Counted from the first letter of the stretch, positions 49,686 through 60,342 are shown. The stretch: DNA of 64,000 nt from Dehalococcoidia bacterium (GCA_022449765.1 JAKUPZ010000003.1:92441-156440), one strand, 5' to 3'. Notes: generated from the letters alone by a model not told the origin. Numbers and translations: made by a program.

Positions 49686-50027
49686 ATGCCAATATATTCC
49701 TACTATTGTGATTCTTGTGATAAAGAATTTGATTTACGACAAGGATTTGATGCAGTGACTGAAGCGGACTGCGCATCCTGTGGTAACCCTGCCAGACGTA
49801 AATTTGTAGCGCCTACAGTAATTTATAAGGGGTCTGGATTTTATACGACTGACTATGCAAGGAAAAGCGGGGGATCTAGTTCTGCTACACCGTCATCATC
49901 AGAGCAAACTACTGCGGCAAAGGGCACTGAGAAAAAAAGCACAAGCACAAACACAGAAAATAAAAGCACAAGCACAAACACAGAAAATAAAAGCACTAAG
50001 AGTACGTCTTCTAGCGATTCAAGCTAA
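49686..50027 (+). CDS. FmdB-family zinc-ribbon protein with a low-complexity repeat tail
   Basis: MPIYSYYCDSCDKEF...CASCG (CxxC...CxxC) and GSGFYTTDY. Ser/Thr/Asn-rich C-terminus. Confidence 0.8.
   Translation: MPIYSYYCDSCDKEFDLRQGFDAVTEADCASCGNPARRKFVAPTVIYKGSGFYTTDYARKSGGSSSATPSSSEQTTAAKGTEKKSTSTNTENKSTSTNTENKSTKSTSSSDSS
49935..49997 (+). repeat. 27-nt in-frame tandem repeat (about 2.3 copies) encoding KSTSTNTEN units
   Basis: aaaagcacaagcacaaacacagaaaat occurs twice, plus a partial third copy. Confidence 0.85.
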
Positions 50028-50491
50028 TGCGAGTAGTATTACAGCGTGTAAAGAGCGCTTCGGTTAGTGTCCACGGAAACGTAAGTGGAGCGATTGGGGC
50101 CGGCTTACTGGTTTTTGCCGCAATTCATGATAACGATAGTAGCCAAGACATTGAATATATCGCTGATAAAATTATAAACATGCGAATATTTGCTGACGAT
50201 AACGGTAGGTTTGACCGATCGTTACGTGAGGTTGATGGGTCACTATTAGTAGTTAGCCAATTTACATTATATGCAGATACTAGAAGGGGAAGGCGTCCTT
50301 CTTTTACTGGCTCTGCATCTTCCGTAATTGCATGGCCCCTTTTTTCAGATTTTATTAGCAAGCTCGAGAGTTTTAACATCATTGTAGAGACCGGAAAGTT
50401 TGGAGAAATGATGGAGATTCAGTTGGTAAATGACGGTCCGGTTACTATTATCGTTGATTCAAATGATAGGCATATGCCTCGTCACTACTAG
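50027..50491 (+). CDS. dtd: D-aminoacyl-tRNA deacylase
   Basis: MRVVLQRV..., VSQFTLYADTRRGRRPSF, NDGPVT. TAATG overlap with the upstream gene. Confidence 0.9.
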   Translation: MRVVLQRVKSASVSVHGNVSGAIGAGLLVFAAIHDNDSSQDIEYIADKIINMRIFADDNGRFDRSLREVDGSLLVVSQFTLYADTRRGRRPSFTGSASSVIAWPLFSDFISKLESFNIIVETGKFGEMMEIQLVNDGPVTIIVDSNDRHMPRHY

Positions 50492-50544
50492 CTCAAAGAG
50501 CCGTAGGGCGCTACACTCGCAAGCGAAACATAGGGGGACTATTT

Positions 50545-51468
50545 GTGGGAGATTTACTGAAAGGGAAAGTTGCAATAGTTACCGGATCTGGCCGTGGTAT
50601 AGGTCGTGAGCATGCGTTGGCTCTTGCCGAAGAAGGTGCCAAGATAGTTGTAAACGACATTGGTGTTGAACGGGATGGTTCTGGAGGTACTCAAGGACCG
50701 GCGGATGAAGTTGTAGCAGCCATTAAAGAGAATGGGGGGGATGCGGTTGCAAGCTATGACGACGTTTCTGACTATGACGCTGCAGGTAAGTTAACTAACT
50801 TAGCCATAGATCACTTCGGGCGCTTGGATATATTGATTAACAATGCTGGTACTTTTCAGTACCGGCTTTTTCATCAGCTAACCGAAGAAGCCTGGGACGG
50901 CTTGTTGGGTGTACACCTTTATGGAACGTTCAATACTTGTCACCATGCGTCTAAGGTTATGATGGATCAGAAATATGGACGAATAATTAATACTGCTTCA
51001 AGTCAATGGAGAAACCCCGAAGGTAGAGGGAATTACGGCGCAGCAAAGGGAGCTATTGTTTCTCTAACTTGGGGGCTAGCCTTTGAATTACGCAATTACA
51101 ACGTCACTGTGAATGCAATAGCTCCAATGGGAGCTACTCGTAGTTTTCATGATAATACCTATCGGCAAATGCTCGCGGATGCGGGATTAGATAGAAAGAA
51201 AGATCCATCAGAGCAGGGATCCAATAGGGCAGGACCTGAGTTCGTGTCTCCGATGGTGGTGTACTTGGCATCGGATCTAGCATCTGACATAAATGGATTA
51301 GTTTTTCGGGTAGGTTCTGGGAAAATAGGCAGATATAGCCATCCCACTGAATCACGCACCATTTACCGAGAGGCTGGAAACTCGGAACCTTGGACACTTG
51401 ATGAGTTGGATGAAGTATTACCAAGCACTGTGATGGGCGGCGATACGCAAGCACCGTTTATACCATAA
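50545..51468 (+). CDS. SDR-family oxidoreductase with a C-terminal extension (paralog A)
   Basis: GTG start 7 nt after GGGGG. TGSGRGIGRE, NNAG, YGAAKGA. Confidence 0.8.
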   Translation: MGDLLKGKVAIVTGSGRGIGREHALALAEEGAKIVVNDIGVERDGSGGTQGPADEVVAAIKENGGDAVASYDDVSDYDAAGKLTNLAIDHFGRLDILINNAGTFQYRLFHQLTEEAWDGLLGVHLYGTFNTCHHASKVMMDQKYGRIINTASSQWRNPEGRGNYGAAKGAIVSLTWGLAFELRNYNVTVNAIAPMGATRSFHDNTYRQMLADAGLDRKKDPSEQGSNRAGPEFVSPMVVYLASDLASDINGLVFRVGSGKIGRYSHPTESRTIYREAGNSEPWTLDELDEVLPSTVMGGDTQAPFIP

Positions 51469-51479
51469 AAGGGGTACTG

Positions 51480-52433
51480 ATGACTGAAGATTACATTCCA
51501 CCAAGAGGCAGTAGGTTAGAAGGGAAGGTTGCGATTGTCACTGGCGCAGGAAGAGGTATTGGACGGGCTCATGCAATCGCACTAGCTGCGGAAGGTGCAA
51601 AAATAATAGTTAATGATCCTGGCGTTGAGCGAAACGGGAGTGGTGGAACAATTGCACCGGCTGATGAAGTAGTCTCGTTCATAAGAGAAAATGGGGGAGA
51701 TGCTACGGCAAATTATAATTCGGTGGCTGATTATCAAGAAGCAGAGCAAATAATTGCCTCTGCGCTCGACGCTTATGGCCAGCTTGATATTTTAGTAAAT
51801 AATGCTGGGATTGCACGAGAAGGGCTATTTCATCAAATTAGTGCAGATGATTTCCATGCAGTTGTAAATACTCACTTAAAAGGGACGTTTAATACATGCC
51901 ATCACGCAGTTCCTGTGATGATGAAACAAAAATTCGGGAGGATTATTAATACTGCGTCAAGCCAATGGCGCAATCCCGAGGGACGAACAGCATACAGCGC
52001 TGCAAAAGGAGGCATTGTAAGCCTTACTTGGGATTTGGCCTTTGAACTTAGGAAGTTTAATATCACGGTGAATGCGATTGCGCCTATGGCCCAGACTAGG
52101 GCATTCACAAATTATCAGCATCCTCAGATGCTATCTGATGCAGGTTTATCCGTTAAAAAAGCTGGCGATGAGCTTGCCGGTGCTCGACCGGGAGGTGAGC
52201 ATGTTTCCCCTTTGGTAGTTTGGCTTGCTACTCAATCAGCAGAGAATGTAAACGGCTGCATTTTTCGTGCAGGAAGCGGTAAATTTGGAATCTATACGCA
52301 TCCTACAGAAACCAGATCGGTTAATAAGGACTGGCGAAACAAAGGTAGATGGACACTAGAAGAGCTAAGGAAAGTAATTCCAAGTAGCTTAACTTTTGAC
52401 GACTCAGTTGCACCGTTCATTCCCAACAGATAG
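51480..52433 (+). CDS. SDR-family oxidoreductase with a C-terminal extension (paralog B)
   Basis: Collinear with paralog A, sharing long identical blocks such as GRIINTASSQWRNPEGR and GTFNTCHHA. Confidence 0.8.
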   Translation: MTEDYIPPRGSRLEGKVAIVTGAGRGIGRAHAIALAAEGAKIIVNDPGVERNGSGGTIAPADEVVSFIRENGGDATANYNSVADYQEAEQIIASALDAYGQLDILVNNAGIAREGLFHQISADDFHAVVNTHLKGTFNTCHHAVPVMMKQKFGRIINTASSQWRNPEGRTAYSAAKGGIVSLTWDLAFELRKFNITVNAIAPMAQTRAFTNYQHPQMLSDAGLSVKKAGDELAGARPGGEHVSPLVVWLATQSAENVNGCIFRAGSGKFGIYTHPTETRSVNKDWRNKGRWTLEELRKVIPSSLTFDDSVAPFIPNR

Positions 52434-52490
52434 ATTGACACATTTGGTTGATTATTGAATCCTCTATAGTGAACTTAATTTACTTTAGAT

Positions 52491-53168
52491 TTGATGGCTT
52501 GCAGAGGATCCTTGGGACTTAAACACAGAAAATCTCAACGCCTTGCTTTTTGGGCAATGCTTGCTCCTCCTTTTTATATCGCTACTGCGATAATTGCCAC
52601 CTTACTGGGACCGCAAGGTTTTAAGTCTATGGAACACCCAATTAGTCAGCTTGGCGCTCCTTCCTCACCGCGCCCTTGGATAATTAAAGCCGGATTTGTA
52701 GGTTATGCGATTTTAGTTCAAGGATTGGGGCCTCTGCTAAACAAGGAGGCAGGAGGCGGCTTTAAAGGAAAGATACTTTGGGGACTTACAGGTATTTATG
52801 GACTTGCAGGAATGCTGTCTGCGATTTTCTCTAAAGATGTTAAAGATCGTCGATTATTTGGGATGACCCATGATTTGGTGCATAGCATAGTTGGCAGAGT
52901 CTGTTTTGGCGGAATCATGGGGCTAAGTTTACTGGCACCATTTTTTATCCAGAAAAGACAATGGAAAGAATGGAAACAATTTTCATTTCTGATGTTTTTA
53001 TTATCTGGAATAATGGCTATTTTTTATCAATCAAACAGCTGGAAAGGTCGGCAAGGGTTACTTCAGCGCGGGTTTTTTGCCACGACTATGTTGTGGGTCT
53101 TCGTAACTGCGTTAAAAATGATTGCAGTTGAGCAAAAGCGTAAAAGAATTAGCCAATCTCGAGATTAA
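52491..53168 (+). CDS. polytopic membrane protein (DUF998-like)
   Basis: 225 aa with about 6 hydrophobic segments. Family call is tentative. Confidence 0.45.
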   Translation: MMACRGSLGLKHRKSQRLAFWAMLAPPFYIATAIIATLLGPQGFKSMEHPISQLGAPSSPRPWIIKAGFVGYAILVQGLGPLLNKEAGGGFKGKILWGLTGIYGLAGMLSAIFSKDVKDRRLFGMTHDLVHSIVGRVCFGGIMGLSLLAPFFIQKRQWKEWKQFSFLMFLLSGIMAIFYQSNSWKGRQGLLQRGFFATTMLWVFVTALKMIAVEQKRKRISQSRD

Positions 53169-54154
53169 CGTGGCGGAGCTGAAGGGACATCTGGTCCCAT
53201 TCCAAATCTCTCGATATCCTCATCAGATCCTTCCCAATATGCAATTTCATCCACTTGGTCTCGCTGCTCTCTATCTAAAATCCAGTTAGCAGCATTAGCA
53301 TTAGAAATTACTTGTTCTTCTGTCATTGCTCCAGCGATAACCGAACTTACTGCAGGGTGCGCAAGTAGCCATGCGAAAGCTAAATCTACTAGTGTTTTTT
53401 CATGTTCACTAGCAAATGCATCGAGCTTACCAAGCACGGATTGGGAAGCAGAATCGTTTTGTAGCTGGCCTACCATTCTTCTTGCTGATTGAGGTACTTC
53501 GTTACCGGAAGCGTATTTACCTGTTAGCCATCCTCCGGCTAAAGGGAAATATGGTAAGAATCCCACTTTATGCTCTGTACAGTACGGCAGAAGCTCTAAC
53601 TCAGCATGTCTGTGCATCAAGCTATAATTATTTTGAGAGGACACAAAATTTGACCAACCGTGAGAATCTGCTATCCGAGTTGTATCGGCATGTCGCCAAC
53701 TTGAATAATTGCATTCGCCTAGATGGCGAACTTTCCCTTCGACAATTAGCTCATTTAAAGGTTCTAGGTATTCTTCGTGCGGGATATCGTTGGGTACGAA
53801 ATGGATTTGATAAAGATCAATTACGTCGGTTTGTAATTTTCGTAAACTTTCCTCAATATTTTTTTGAATTCGAGATTTCGGGGATTCACCATTTAGGTTA
53901 GTGAGATTGAATTTTGTAGCAATAAGAACGTCGTTTCGCTTCCCTTTCAATGCTTCACCGATATGAATTTCGCTTTCTCCATTCCCATAAATATTGGCGG
54001 TGTCGAGAAAATTGATACCCAAGTCAATACATTTATCAATAACACGCTGGCTAATTTTTTTATCAGCTATCCGAGAAGGATTTCCAAAATTATTTGTGCC
54101 AAGTCCAATTACTGAAACGTTCAGGTCTGTATTACCTAGTTGCCGGTATTGCAT
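53165..54154 (-). CDS. aldo/keto reductase
   Basis: MQYRQLGNTDLNVSVIGLGTNNFG, DTANIYG, and catalytic Y/K/H context. Confidence 0.88.
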   Translation of the reverse strand: MQYRQLGNTDLNVSVIGLGTNNFGNPSRIADKKISQRVIDKCIDLGINFLDTANIYGNGESEIHIGEALKGKRNDVLIATKFNLTNLNGESPKSRIQKNIEESLRKLQTDVIDLYQIHFVPNDIPHEEYLEPLNELIVEGKVRHLGECNYSSWRHADTTRIADSHGWSNFVSSQNNYSLMHRHAELELLPYCTEHKVGFLPYFPLAGGWLTGKYASGNEVPQSARRMVGQLQNDSASQSVLGKLDAFASEHEKTLVDLAFAWLLAHPAVSSVIAGAMTEEQVISNANAANWILDREQRDQVDEIAYWEGSDEDIERFGMGPDVPSAPPR

Positions 54155-54233
54155 AATGTCTCCCGTACTTATTCTTTAAAGGATGATACTGCAGAATAAA
54201 GATTCGCACATTCTGCCCGAAGGCGAGGTGTAA

Positions 54234-55091
54234 ATGAAAGTAACGTTTATTGGATTAGGGATGATGGGGAAGCCGATGGCTATTAATCTAGTCAAAGCAG
54301 GCCATCAAGTCACGGTTATTAATCGAAGCCAACAAAAAGTGAAAGAATTAGTGGAACTTGGAGCCATTGCAGGGGAATCCCCTAAGGAAGCTTCGGGAAA
54401 TGCTGAGGTAATTTGTTTGTGCCTTGTAGGAGAAAAGTTAATTGAGGAAATTATTGCTGGAGAAATGGGAATCCTAGCAGGGGTAAATGCAGGGGCCATC
54501 ATTGTTGATCATTCAACGGTGCACCCTGAATTTGCGCAGCGAATGGCGCAAGTTGCCTCGGGGAAAGGATTGGTTTATATGGATGCTCCGGTTTCAGGAA
54601 CTGGACAGGTAGCTTGGAATGGGGAATTGACTGTAATGGTTGGTGGCGAAGAGTCTTATTTCAAACAAATAGAACCAATATTAGACGCAGTTTCGTTGAA
54701 CGCTCAGCTAATGGGGCCTGTTGGAAGTGGCAATATTGCTAAATTGATAAACAATATGGTCAAAGATATTAATCAAATTGCGGTAATGGAATCTTTTGTT
54801 CTTGCATCGAAATTAGGCATGGATTTGAATTCTTTGTTTAAGGTAATGCGCACTGCTTCTGGTGCAAGTCGCCAGCTAGAAAGAATTGCGCCTAAGGTCA
54901 TAGAAAGAACATTTGAACAAACTTCTTACGTTTCAACAAATATAAAAGACCAAGAGCTGATGGGCTGGTTAATCAGTAAAGCACAACTTGACTTACCTTT
55001 GCGAAATGTTGCGCAACAGCATTGGATTAAAGCATTCGAAAAAGGGCTTGGAAATGCAGATCCAACTGAATCAATAAAAGTTTTGGAATGA
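54234..55091 (+). CDS. NAD(P)-dependent beta-hydroxyacid dehydrogenase (3-hydroxyisobutyrate dehydrogenase family)
   Basis: VTFIGLGMMGKPMAINL Rossmann motif, DAPVSG, GSGNIAKLINN. Confidence 0.85.
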   Translation: MKVTFIGLGMMGKPMAINLVKAGHQVTVINRSQQKVKELVELGAIAGESPKEASGNAEVICLCLVGEKLIEEIIAGEMGILAGVNAGAIIVDHSTVHPEFAQRMAQVASGKGLVYMDAPVSGTGQVAWNGELTVMVGGEESYFKQIEPILDAVSLNAQLMGPVGSGNIAKLINNMVKDINQIAVMESFVLASKLGMDLNSLFKVMRTASGASRQLERIAPKVIERTFEQTSYVSTNIKDQELMGWLISKAQLDLPLRNVAQQHWIKAFEKGLGNADPTESIKVLE

Positions 55092-55093
55092 TC

Positions 55094-57985
55094 TCAAAGA
55101 ATCGCCTTTAAGAAATTAGCAGTTTGGGATTTTGAGTTTTTTACAACTTGCTCAGGTTTCCCTTCTACAACAAGTTTCCCCCCATTTATTCCTGGCCCTG
55201 GGCCGAGGTCAATTACCCAGTCTGCATTTTTAATCAAGTCTAAGTGATGCTCGATTAGAAGCACGGTGTTGCCACCTTCAACAAGACGATGTAGTACTTC
55301 AAGGAGATGCGCTGCATCTTGAAATGAAAGGCCAGTAGTCGGTTCATCAAGGATATAAAGAGTTTTTCCAGTTGCACGCTTGGAAAGCTCAGATGCAAGT
55401 TTTATGCGCTGCGCTTCCCCTCCGCTTAGCGTGGTGGCGGGTTGGCCAAGTCGAATATACCCTAGCCCTACGGCTTCTAATGTTTCTAATTTTGATTTTA
55501 TGCGGGGAATATTTTCGAATGTCGAATGTGCTTCAGTGACAGTCATTTCAAGCACATCAGCAATGCTTTTTTCTTTGAATAATATTTCTAATGCATTGTC
55601 ATTATACCGGCGCCCTTCGCACACTTCACAAGGTACTGTTACGTCAGGTAAAAATTGCATTTGAATTTGGATGTACCCATCGCCTTGGCAAGATTCACAA
55701 CGGCCTCCTTTTACATTGAAAGAGAACCTTCCTGGAAGAAACCCTCGAGCTTTTGATTCAGGTAAAGATGCAAATAATTCCCGTATAGGCGTAAAGGTGC
55801 CTGTGTAGGTTGCAGGATTACTGCGAGGAGTACGACCAATTGGAGATTGGTCTATATTTACGACTTTATCGATATGCTCTAATCCTTCGACCCCTGCGCT
55901 GGACCCTGGCTTATCCTTCGCGTGGTAAAGTTTTTGTGCAAGCCATTTGTACAAAATTTCATATACAAGGGTTGATTTTCCTGAGCCGGAGACTCCAGTT
56001 ACGCAAATAAGTTTACCCAGAGGGAACGCTACATCGATATCTTGTAAATTATTTTCCTTTGCACCTTTGACGAGCAGGAATTTACCATTGCCCTCTCTTC
56101 GATTACGGGGCACAGGTATCACTTTTCTTTTTGAAAGATATGCTCCCGTTATAGATTGGGGACTTTCCTCGATATCTGCAATCGTTCCTTTTGCAACGAT
56201 ATTCCCACCATGCTCACCTGCACCAGGACCCATATCTACAAGGAAATCTGCAGATCGCATCATGGCTTCGTCGTGTTCCACAATCAAAACGGTGTTGCCC
56301 AGATCCCGTAACTCCTTCAGGGTTTCGATAAGGCGATTGTTATCTACTGGATGGAGACCTACTGATGGTTCGTCACATACGTATAGGACCCCCATGAGCC
56401 CAGATCCAATTTGTGTAGCTAAGCGGATTCGTTGCCCTTCACCCCCACTAAGCGTGCTGGCTGATCTAGAAAGGGAAAGGTAGTCCAATCCTACATTTGA
56501 AAGAAAAGATAAGCGAGAACTTATTTCTTTTAATATCTGCTCTGCAATTAAATGATCTCGAGATGAGAAGTTATGAGGGTCTTGGTATTTTGCCCATCGA
56601 GGCTTAATGTCAGGGGTCTCTTCGCTTTGCTGCAGTGCAATTACCCACCTGTTTGCGTCAGAAACTGAAAGATTTGTAGTTTGAATGATTGACCTGTTGC
56701 CAATTGTTACTGCTAATGCCTCTGGTCTTAATCGATTGCCACCACACGATTCACAGGGCAAAGCAGTCATATAACGCTCGATTTCATTGCGCATGTAATC
56801 GGATTGAGTTTCTCTATAGCGACGCTCAAGATTAGGGATTACTCCTTCAAATCCTGCATCCCATTCAAATTGGCGACCACGTCGTGTACGGTGTCGTACT
56901 TTAATTTTTCGATTATCCCCGAACCCATTAAGGATAACCCCTTGAACTTTTTTGGGAAGTTCCTGCCACGGGGTGTCAGGAGATACGTTCTCCAAGGAAG
57001 CTACACTGCGCAATATACTGAAGTACATTGCGTTGACACTTGACATTGAACGTGCCCAAGGTTTTATTACTCCTTGATTGATGCTAAGTGCTGGGTCAGT
57101 GATTATGAGTTCGGAATCTATGACTAGCCTTAATCCAAGGCCTGAGCACATGCTGCATGCTCCATGAGGGCTATTGAACGAGAACGTTCTCGGTTCTATT
57201 TCGGCAAAGCTGATTTGACAAAATGCACACGCAAATTGCTCAGAGAATATCTGCTCTTCCATCGAATCAGCATCAAGTGCGATCATTTTTCCTTGCCCGT
57301 ACTTCAGTGCAGTTTCCACGGAATCAGTTACACGGCTACGTTCTGTATCTGATTCAAGTACTAGCCTGTCAACAATAATTTCTATCGAGTGCCACTTTTG
57401 CTTGTCGAGGTTTATTGAAGAGTCTAGGCTTACAATTTCATTGTTTACTCGAACTCTAACGAAGCCAGCGTTTCTAGCTTCTTCAAAAATTTCTCGATGC
57501 TCTCCTTTTTTATGCGTAATTACTGGTGCTAGAAGCATTAATCGTTTACCTGATTGCCTGAGTACGATATCGGAAATTTGCTGAACTGTTTGTTGCTGGA
57601 CTGGCCTTCCACATTTATAACAATGGGGGTTACCTACGCGTGCATAAAGAAGTCGAAGGTAGTCATATATTTCAGTAACGGTACCTACAGTTGATCGGGG
57701 ATTATTTGAAACACCTTTTTGGTCAATTGATATCGAAGGCGAGAGGCCTTCAATATATTCAACATCAGGTTTATCCATGCGCCCAAGAAATTGCCTTGCA
57801 TAGGCAGAAAGTGATTCAACATACCTGCGCTGCCCCTCTGCGTAGATAGTATCAAAAGCCAGCGTTGATTTTCCTGAGCCTGAAGGTCCCGTTATCACGA
57901 CTAGCTGGTCTCGAGGGATAGTGATATCTACATTTTTTAGATTATGTTCGCGGGCACCGCGAATGACTATATTTTCTAGGGGCAT
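55094..57985 (-). CDS. uvrA: excinuclease ABC subunit A
   Basis: 963 aa. Two ABC modules ([18 protein letters not shown]), Zn-finger Cys clusters, LSGGE signatures. Confidence 0.97.
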   Translation of the reverse strand: MPLENIVIRGAREHNLKNVDITIPRDQLVVITGPSGSGKSTLAFDTIYAEGQRRYVESLSAYARQFLGRMDKPDVEYIEGLSPSISIDQKGVSNNPRSTVGTVTEIYDYLRLLYARVGNPHCYKCGRPVQQQTVQQISDIVLRQSGKRLMLLAPVITHKKGEHREIFEEARNAGFVRVRVNNEIVSLDSSINLDKQKWHSIEIIVDRLVLESDTERSRVTDSVETALKYGQGKMIALDADSMEEQIFSEQFACAFCQISFAEIEPRTFSFNSPHGACSMCSGLGLRLVIDSELIITDPALSINQGVIKPWARSMSSVNAMYFSILRSVASLENVSPDTPWQELPKKVQGVILNGFGDNRKIKVRHRTRRGRQFEWDAGFEGVIPNLERRYRETQSDYMRNEIERYMTALPCESCGGNRLRPEALAVTIGNRSIIQTTNLSVSDANRWVIALQQSEETPDIKPRWAKYQDPHNFSSRDHLIAEQILKEISSRLSFLSNVGLDYLSLSRSASTLSGGEGQRIRLATQIGSGLMGVLYVCDEPSVGLHPVDNNRLIETLKELRDLGNTVLIVEHDEAMMRSADFLVDMGPGAGEHGGNIVAKGTIADIEESPQSITGAYLSKRKVIPVPRNRREGNGKFLLVKGAKENNLQDIDVAFPLGKLICVTGVSGSGKSTLVYEILYKWLAQKLYHAKDKPGSSAGVEGLEHIDKVVNIDQSPIGRTPRSNPATYTGTFTPIRELFASLPESKARGFLPGRFSFNVKGGRCESCQGDGYIQIQMQFLPDVTVPCEVCEGRRYNDNALEILFKEKSIADVLEMTVTEAHSTFENIPRIKSKLETLEAVGLGYIRLGQPATTLSGGEAQRIKLASELSKRATGKTLYILDEPTTGLSFQDAAHLLEVLHRLVEGGNTVLLIEHHLDLIKNADWVIDLGPGPGINGGKLVVEGKPEQVVKNSKSQTANFLKAIL

Positions 57986-58082
57986 GGTTTTGCGCCTGGG
58001 GCTAAATGATATTTAATGGTATAACCCATGTGTGTTTATTGTAGGGATATTTTTAGTAAAAGAAACTTAAGTAAGTTCAATC

Positions 58083-58436
58083 TCAGGAAATTAATGTTTG
58101 ATTAGGGATATGCACGAGTATTCGATCGTCTACAATCCGAACTTCATAAGAGGTTGTATCCCAAGTGTACTTATCGAGACATTCCCCTGTTTGTAAATCA
58201 AAAACTGCAGAATGAAGAGGGCAAATTATTTCTCCAGGGTCTATTAGCCCATGGCTTAACATTGCGCCCTGATGGGGGCAATAATTGTCTAAGGCTCCTA
58301 CGTTTTGACCATCCCAAAATAATGCTATTTCATTTCTTCCTAATGTTGGGTGTTCGAATTGAAATGATAGGGTCTTTTTAGATTGAAGTTCTTCAAAGGA
58401 GCATAGATCAAATTCTTGAGCGCTAGTTGGATTCAT
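58083..58436 (-). CDS. Rieske [2Fe-2S] ferredoxin-like protein
   Basis: CPHQG...(17)...CPLHS Rieske motif. 117 aa. Confidence 0.8.
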   Translation of the reverse strand: MNPTSAQEFDLCSFEELQSKKTLSFQFEHPTLGRNEIALFWDGQNVGALDNYCPHQGAMLSHGLIDPGEIICPLHSAVFDLQTGECLDKYTWDTTSYEVRIVDDRILVHIPNQTLIS

Positions 58437-58441
58437 TGAAA

Positions 58442-58858
58442 TTATTGAATCTCTATAAGAGTTTGGCCCGCGTTGATAGTTTGATCTTTTTTAACTTTTA
58501 TATTTTTAACTTTCCCTGGCTTGGACATGCGAACACTTTGTTCCATTTTCATAGACTCAAGTTTGCAGATTTCATCGCCTGTTTCCAAGAGCTGTCCTTT
58601 TTCGACGCTAATGGAGACAATTTTGCCAGGCAATGGGCAACGTACCGATCGCTCATCCCCTTTACTTTCCCCTCGTAATCCAGGTAGTTCTGTTTTGGGA
58701 GCTTGCTTTCGGCGCTTGGGCGTTACACCGTCAGCTGGAGCACCAATTTCCACAGAGAATGTTTCACCGTCGACTACGACTTCTACAGGACTTTGATAGG
58801 TGTCACCTACTTCAATGTCATACCATTCTTCATCAATTCTTAACCGAAGACGCTTCAT
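58442..58858 (-). CDS. biotin carboxyl carrier domain protein (C-terminal part of a split acyl-CoA carboxylase alpha subunit)
   Basis: ATG at 58858 (MKRLRLRIDEEWY) overlaps the upstream TAA as TAATG. Biotinylation motif ESMKME. 138 aa. Confidence 0.8.
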   Translation of the reverse strand: MKRLRLRIDEEWYDIEVGDTYQSPVEVVVDGETFSVEIGAPADGVTPKRRKQAPKTELPGLRGESKGDERSVRCPLPGKIVSISVEKGQLLETGDEICKLESMKMEQSVRMSKPGKVKNIKVKKDQTINAGQTLIEIQ

Positions 58859-60342
58859 TAAAAGTCTCCATTTAATTTGCTTACCATTGCCATGCGCCTT
58901 CCATGCATTTTCCATTTACTAGGAGATTGTGCATCCGCATGACTTTGGGCCATCACCATAGATAGTGCAATAGCGGCTACTATGCTTTTGTTTACAGAAG
59001 CCGGTGAGTTCAACAATTCTTCCAAGAATCCGTTATCAAACGTCGCTTTCTTGAAAATTTTATGCTCTAGCACTCGCTTAATTAAGGGTAGATTGACTAC
59101 AGGGCCTTCAATAATATATTCATCAATTGCAGCGAGCATATTGGCTATTGCAGATTCTCTATCTTTTCCTCTTACAATTAATTTAGACATCATGGGTTCA
59201 TAGTAGGGAGAAACCTCATAGCCTTCGAAGAGGGAACTATCTACACGAACATTGTAACCTTTTGGCTCGTTAAGTTTTGAAACGGTACCAGCTGTCGGTA
59301 GAAGCATAACAGGGTCTTCCGGATAAATTCGAGCCTCTATCGCTGCACCGTGCTGTTCGACGTCATCTTGATTAAGGGGAAGAGGTTCTCCCGAAGCTAC
59401 TCGTAACTGCAGCTCTACTAGGTCGACACCTGTCACCATTTCGGTAATGGGATGTTCCACTTGCAAGCGAGTGTTCATTTCGAGGAAATAAAAATTTTCT
59501 CCGTCACCATCAAGCAGGTATTCAATAGTGCCAGCATTACTGTACCCAATATTTTTGGTAAGCATGACAGCTGAATGTAAAAGAGCTTCTTTCACATTCG
59601 GTTTCAATTTTACGCATGGTGTTTCTTCGATAACTTTTTGATTTCTGCGTTGAACAGAGCAATCTCTTTCAAAAAAATGGATCGCATTTCCGTGTTGATC
59701 GCCCATGATCTGCACTTCAACATGCGATGCGTGTTCTACTCGCCTTTCAATGTAAACTCTGGTACTTCCAAAAGCTCCCTTAGCTTGTGCACGCGCTTGA
59801 GCAAGTGCTTCTAAGAGCGCGGAAGTTTCACGTACGACTCTAATGCCCATACCACCACCACCGTCGGCGGCCTTGATCATTAGGGGGTATCCAATTTTTT
59901 CAGCTGCCTCAAGAGCTTCAGAATCCTCGATTTCTCCTTCGGTCCCGGGTATAACAGGAACGCCCGCCTGTATAGCTAATTTACGAGCTTGAACCTTATC
60001 TCCCATTTGTTGAATGATGTTTGAAGAAGGCCCGATAAAAGCAATGCCGGCTGCTTCTACAGCCTGCACGAAGGACGGGTTTTCAGATAAGAACCCGTAT
60101 CCAGGGTGAATAGCTTGAGCTTTTGCCTTTTTTGCAGCTTTAATAATTGCTGAGGCATTGAGGTAAGAATCTGCTGGGGAAGCACCACCGATATTAATGG
60201 CATGATCAGCCATTTTCACATGCAGGGCGTTCTCATCAGCATTGGAATAAATAGCAATGGCAGTTACACCTAGCTTTTGGCAGGTTTTGATAACACGGCA
60301 TGCAATTTCACCGCGATTGGCTATAAGAACTGAGCTGAACAT
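58858..60342 (-). CDS. biotin carboxylase (ATP-grasp) subunit with a C-terminal extension
   Basis: MFSSVLIANRGEIACRVIKT, ATP-grasp GGGGMGIRVV, EMNTRLQVEHP. 494 aa. Confidence 0.92.
   Translation of the reverse strand: MFSSVLIANRGEIACRVIKTCQKLGVTAIAIYSNADENALHVKMADHAINIGGASPADSYLNASAIIKAAKKAKAQAIHPGYGFLSENPSFVQAVEAAGIAFIGPSSNIIQQMGDKVQARKLAIQAGVPVIPGTEGEIEDSEALEAAEKIGYPLMIKAADGGGGMGIRVVRETSALLEALAQARAQAKGAFGSTRVYIERRVEHASHVEVQIMGDQHGNAIHFFERDCSVQRRNQKVIEETPCVKLKPNVKEALLHSAVMLTKNIGYSNAGTIEYLLDGDGENFYFLEMNTRLQVEHPITEMVTGVDLVELQLRVASGEPLPLNQDDVEQHGAAIEARIYPEDPVMLLPTAGTVSKLNEPKGYNVRVDSSLFEGYEVSPYYEPMMSKLIVRGKDRESAIANMLAAIDEYIIEGPVVNLPLIKRVLEHKIFKKATFDNGFLEELLNSPASVNKSIVAAIALSMVMAQSHADAQSPSKWKMHGRRMAMVSKLNGDF

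Noticed and set aside
55947-56483. Long antisense ORFs opposite conserved genes. Examples are 55947-56483 in uvrA, 24289-24735 in dxr, 21183-21635 in ispG, 16248-16670 in the R3H ATPase, 34631-35065 in the FAD/Fe-S oxidase, and 40560-40925 in era.
   Set aside because: These are shadow frames of strongly conserved genes on the other strand, with Ser/Pro/Arg-rich low-complexity translations and no start context.
57986-58082. LexA box upstream of uvrA (agaaacttaagtaagttca)
   Set aside because: The half-sites are separated by 9 nt rather than 4 and the left half is GAAA. This is not a credible GAAC-N4-GTTC site.
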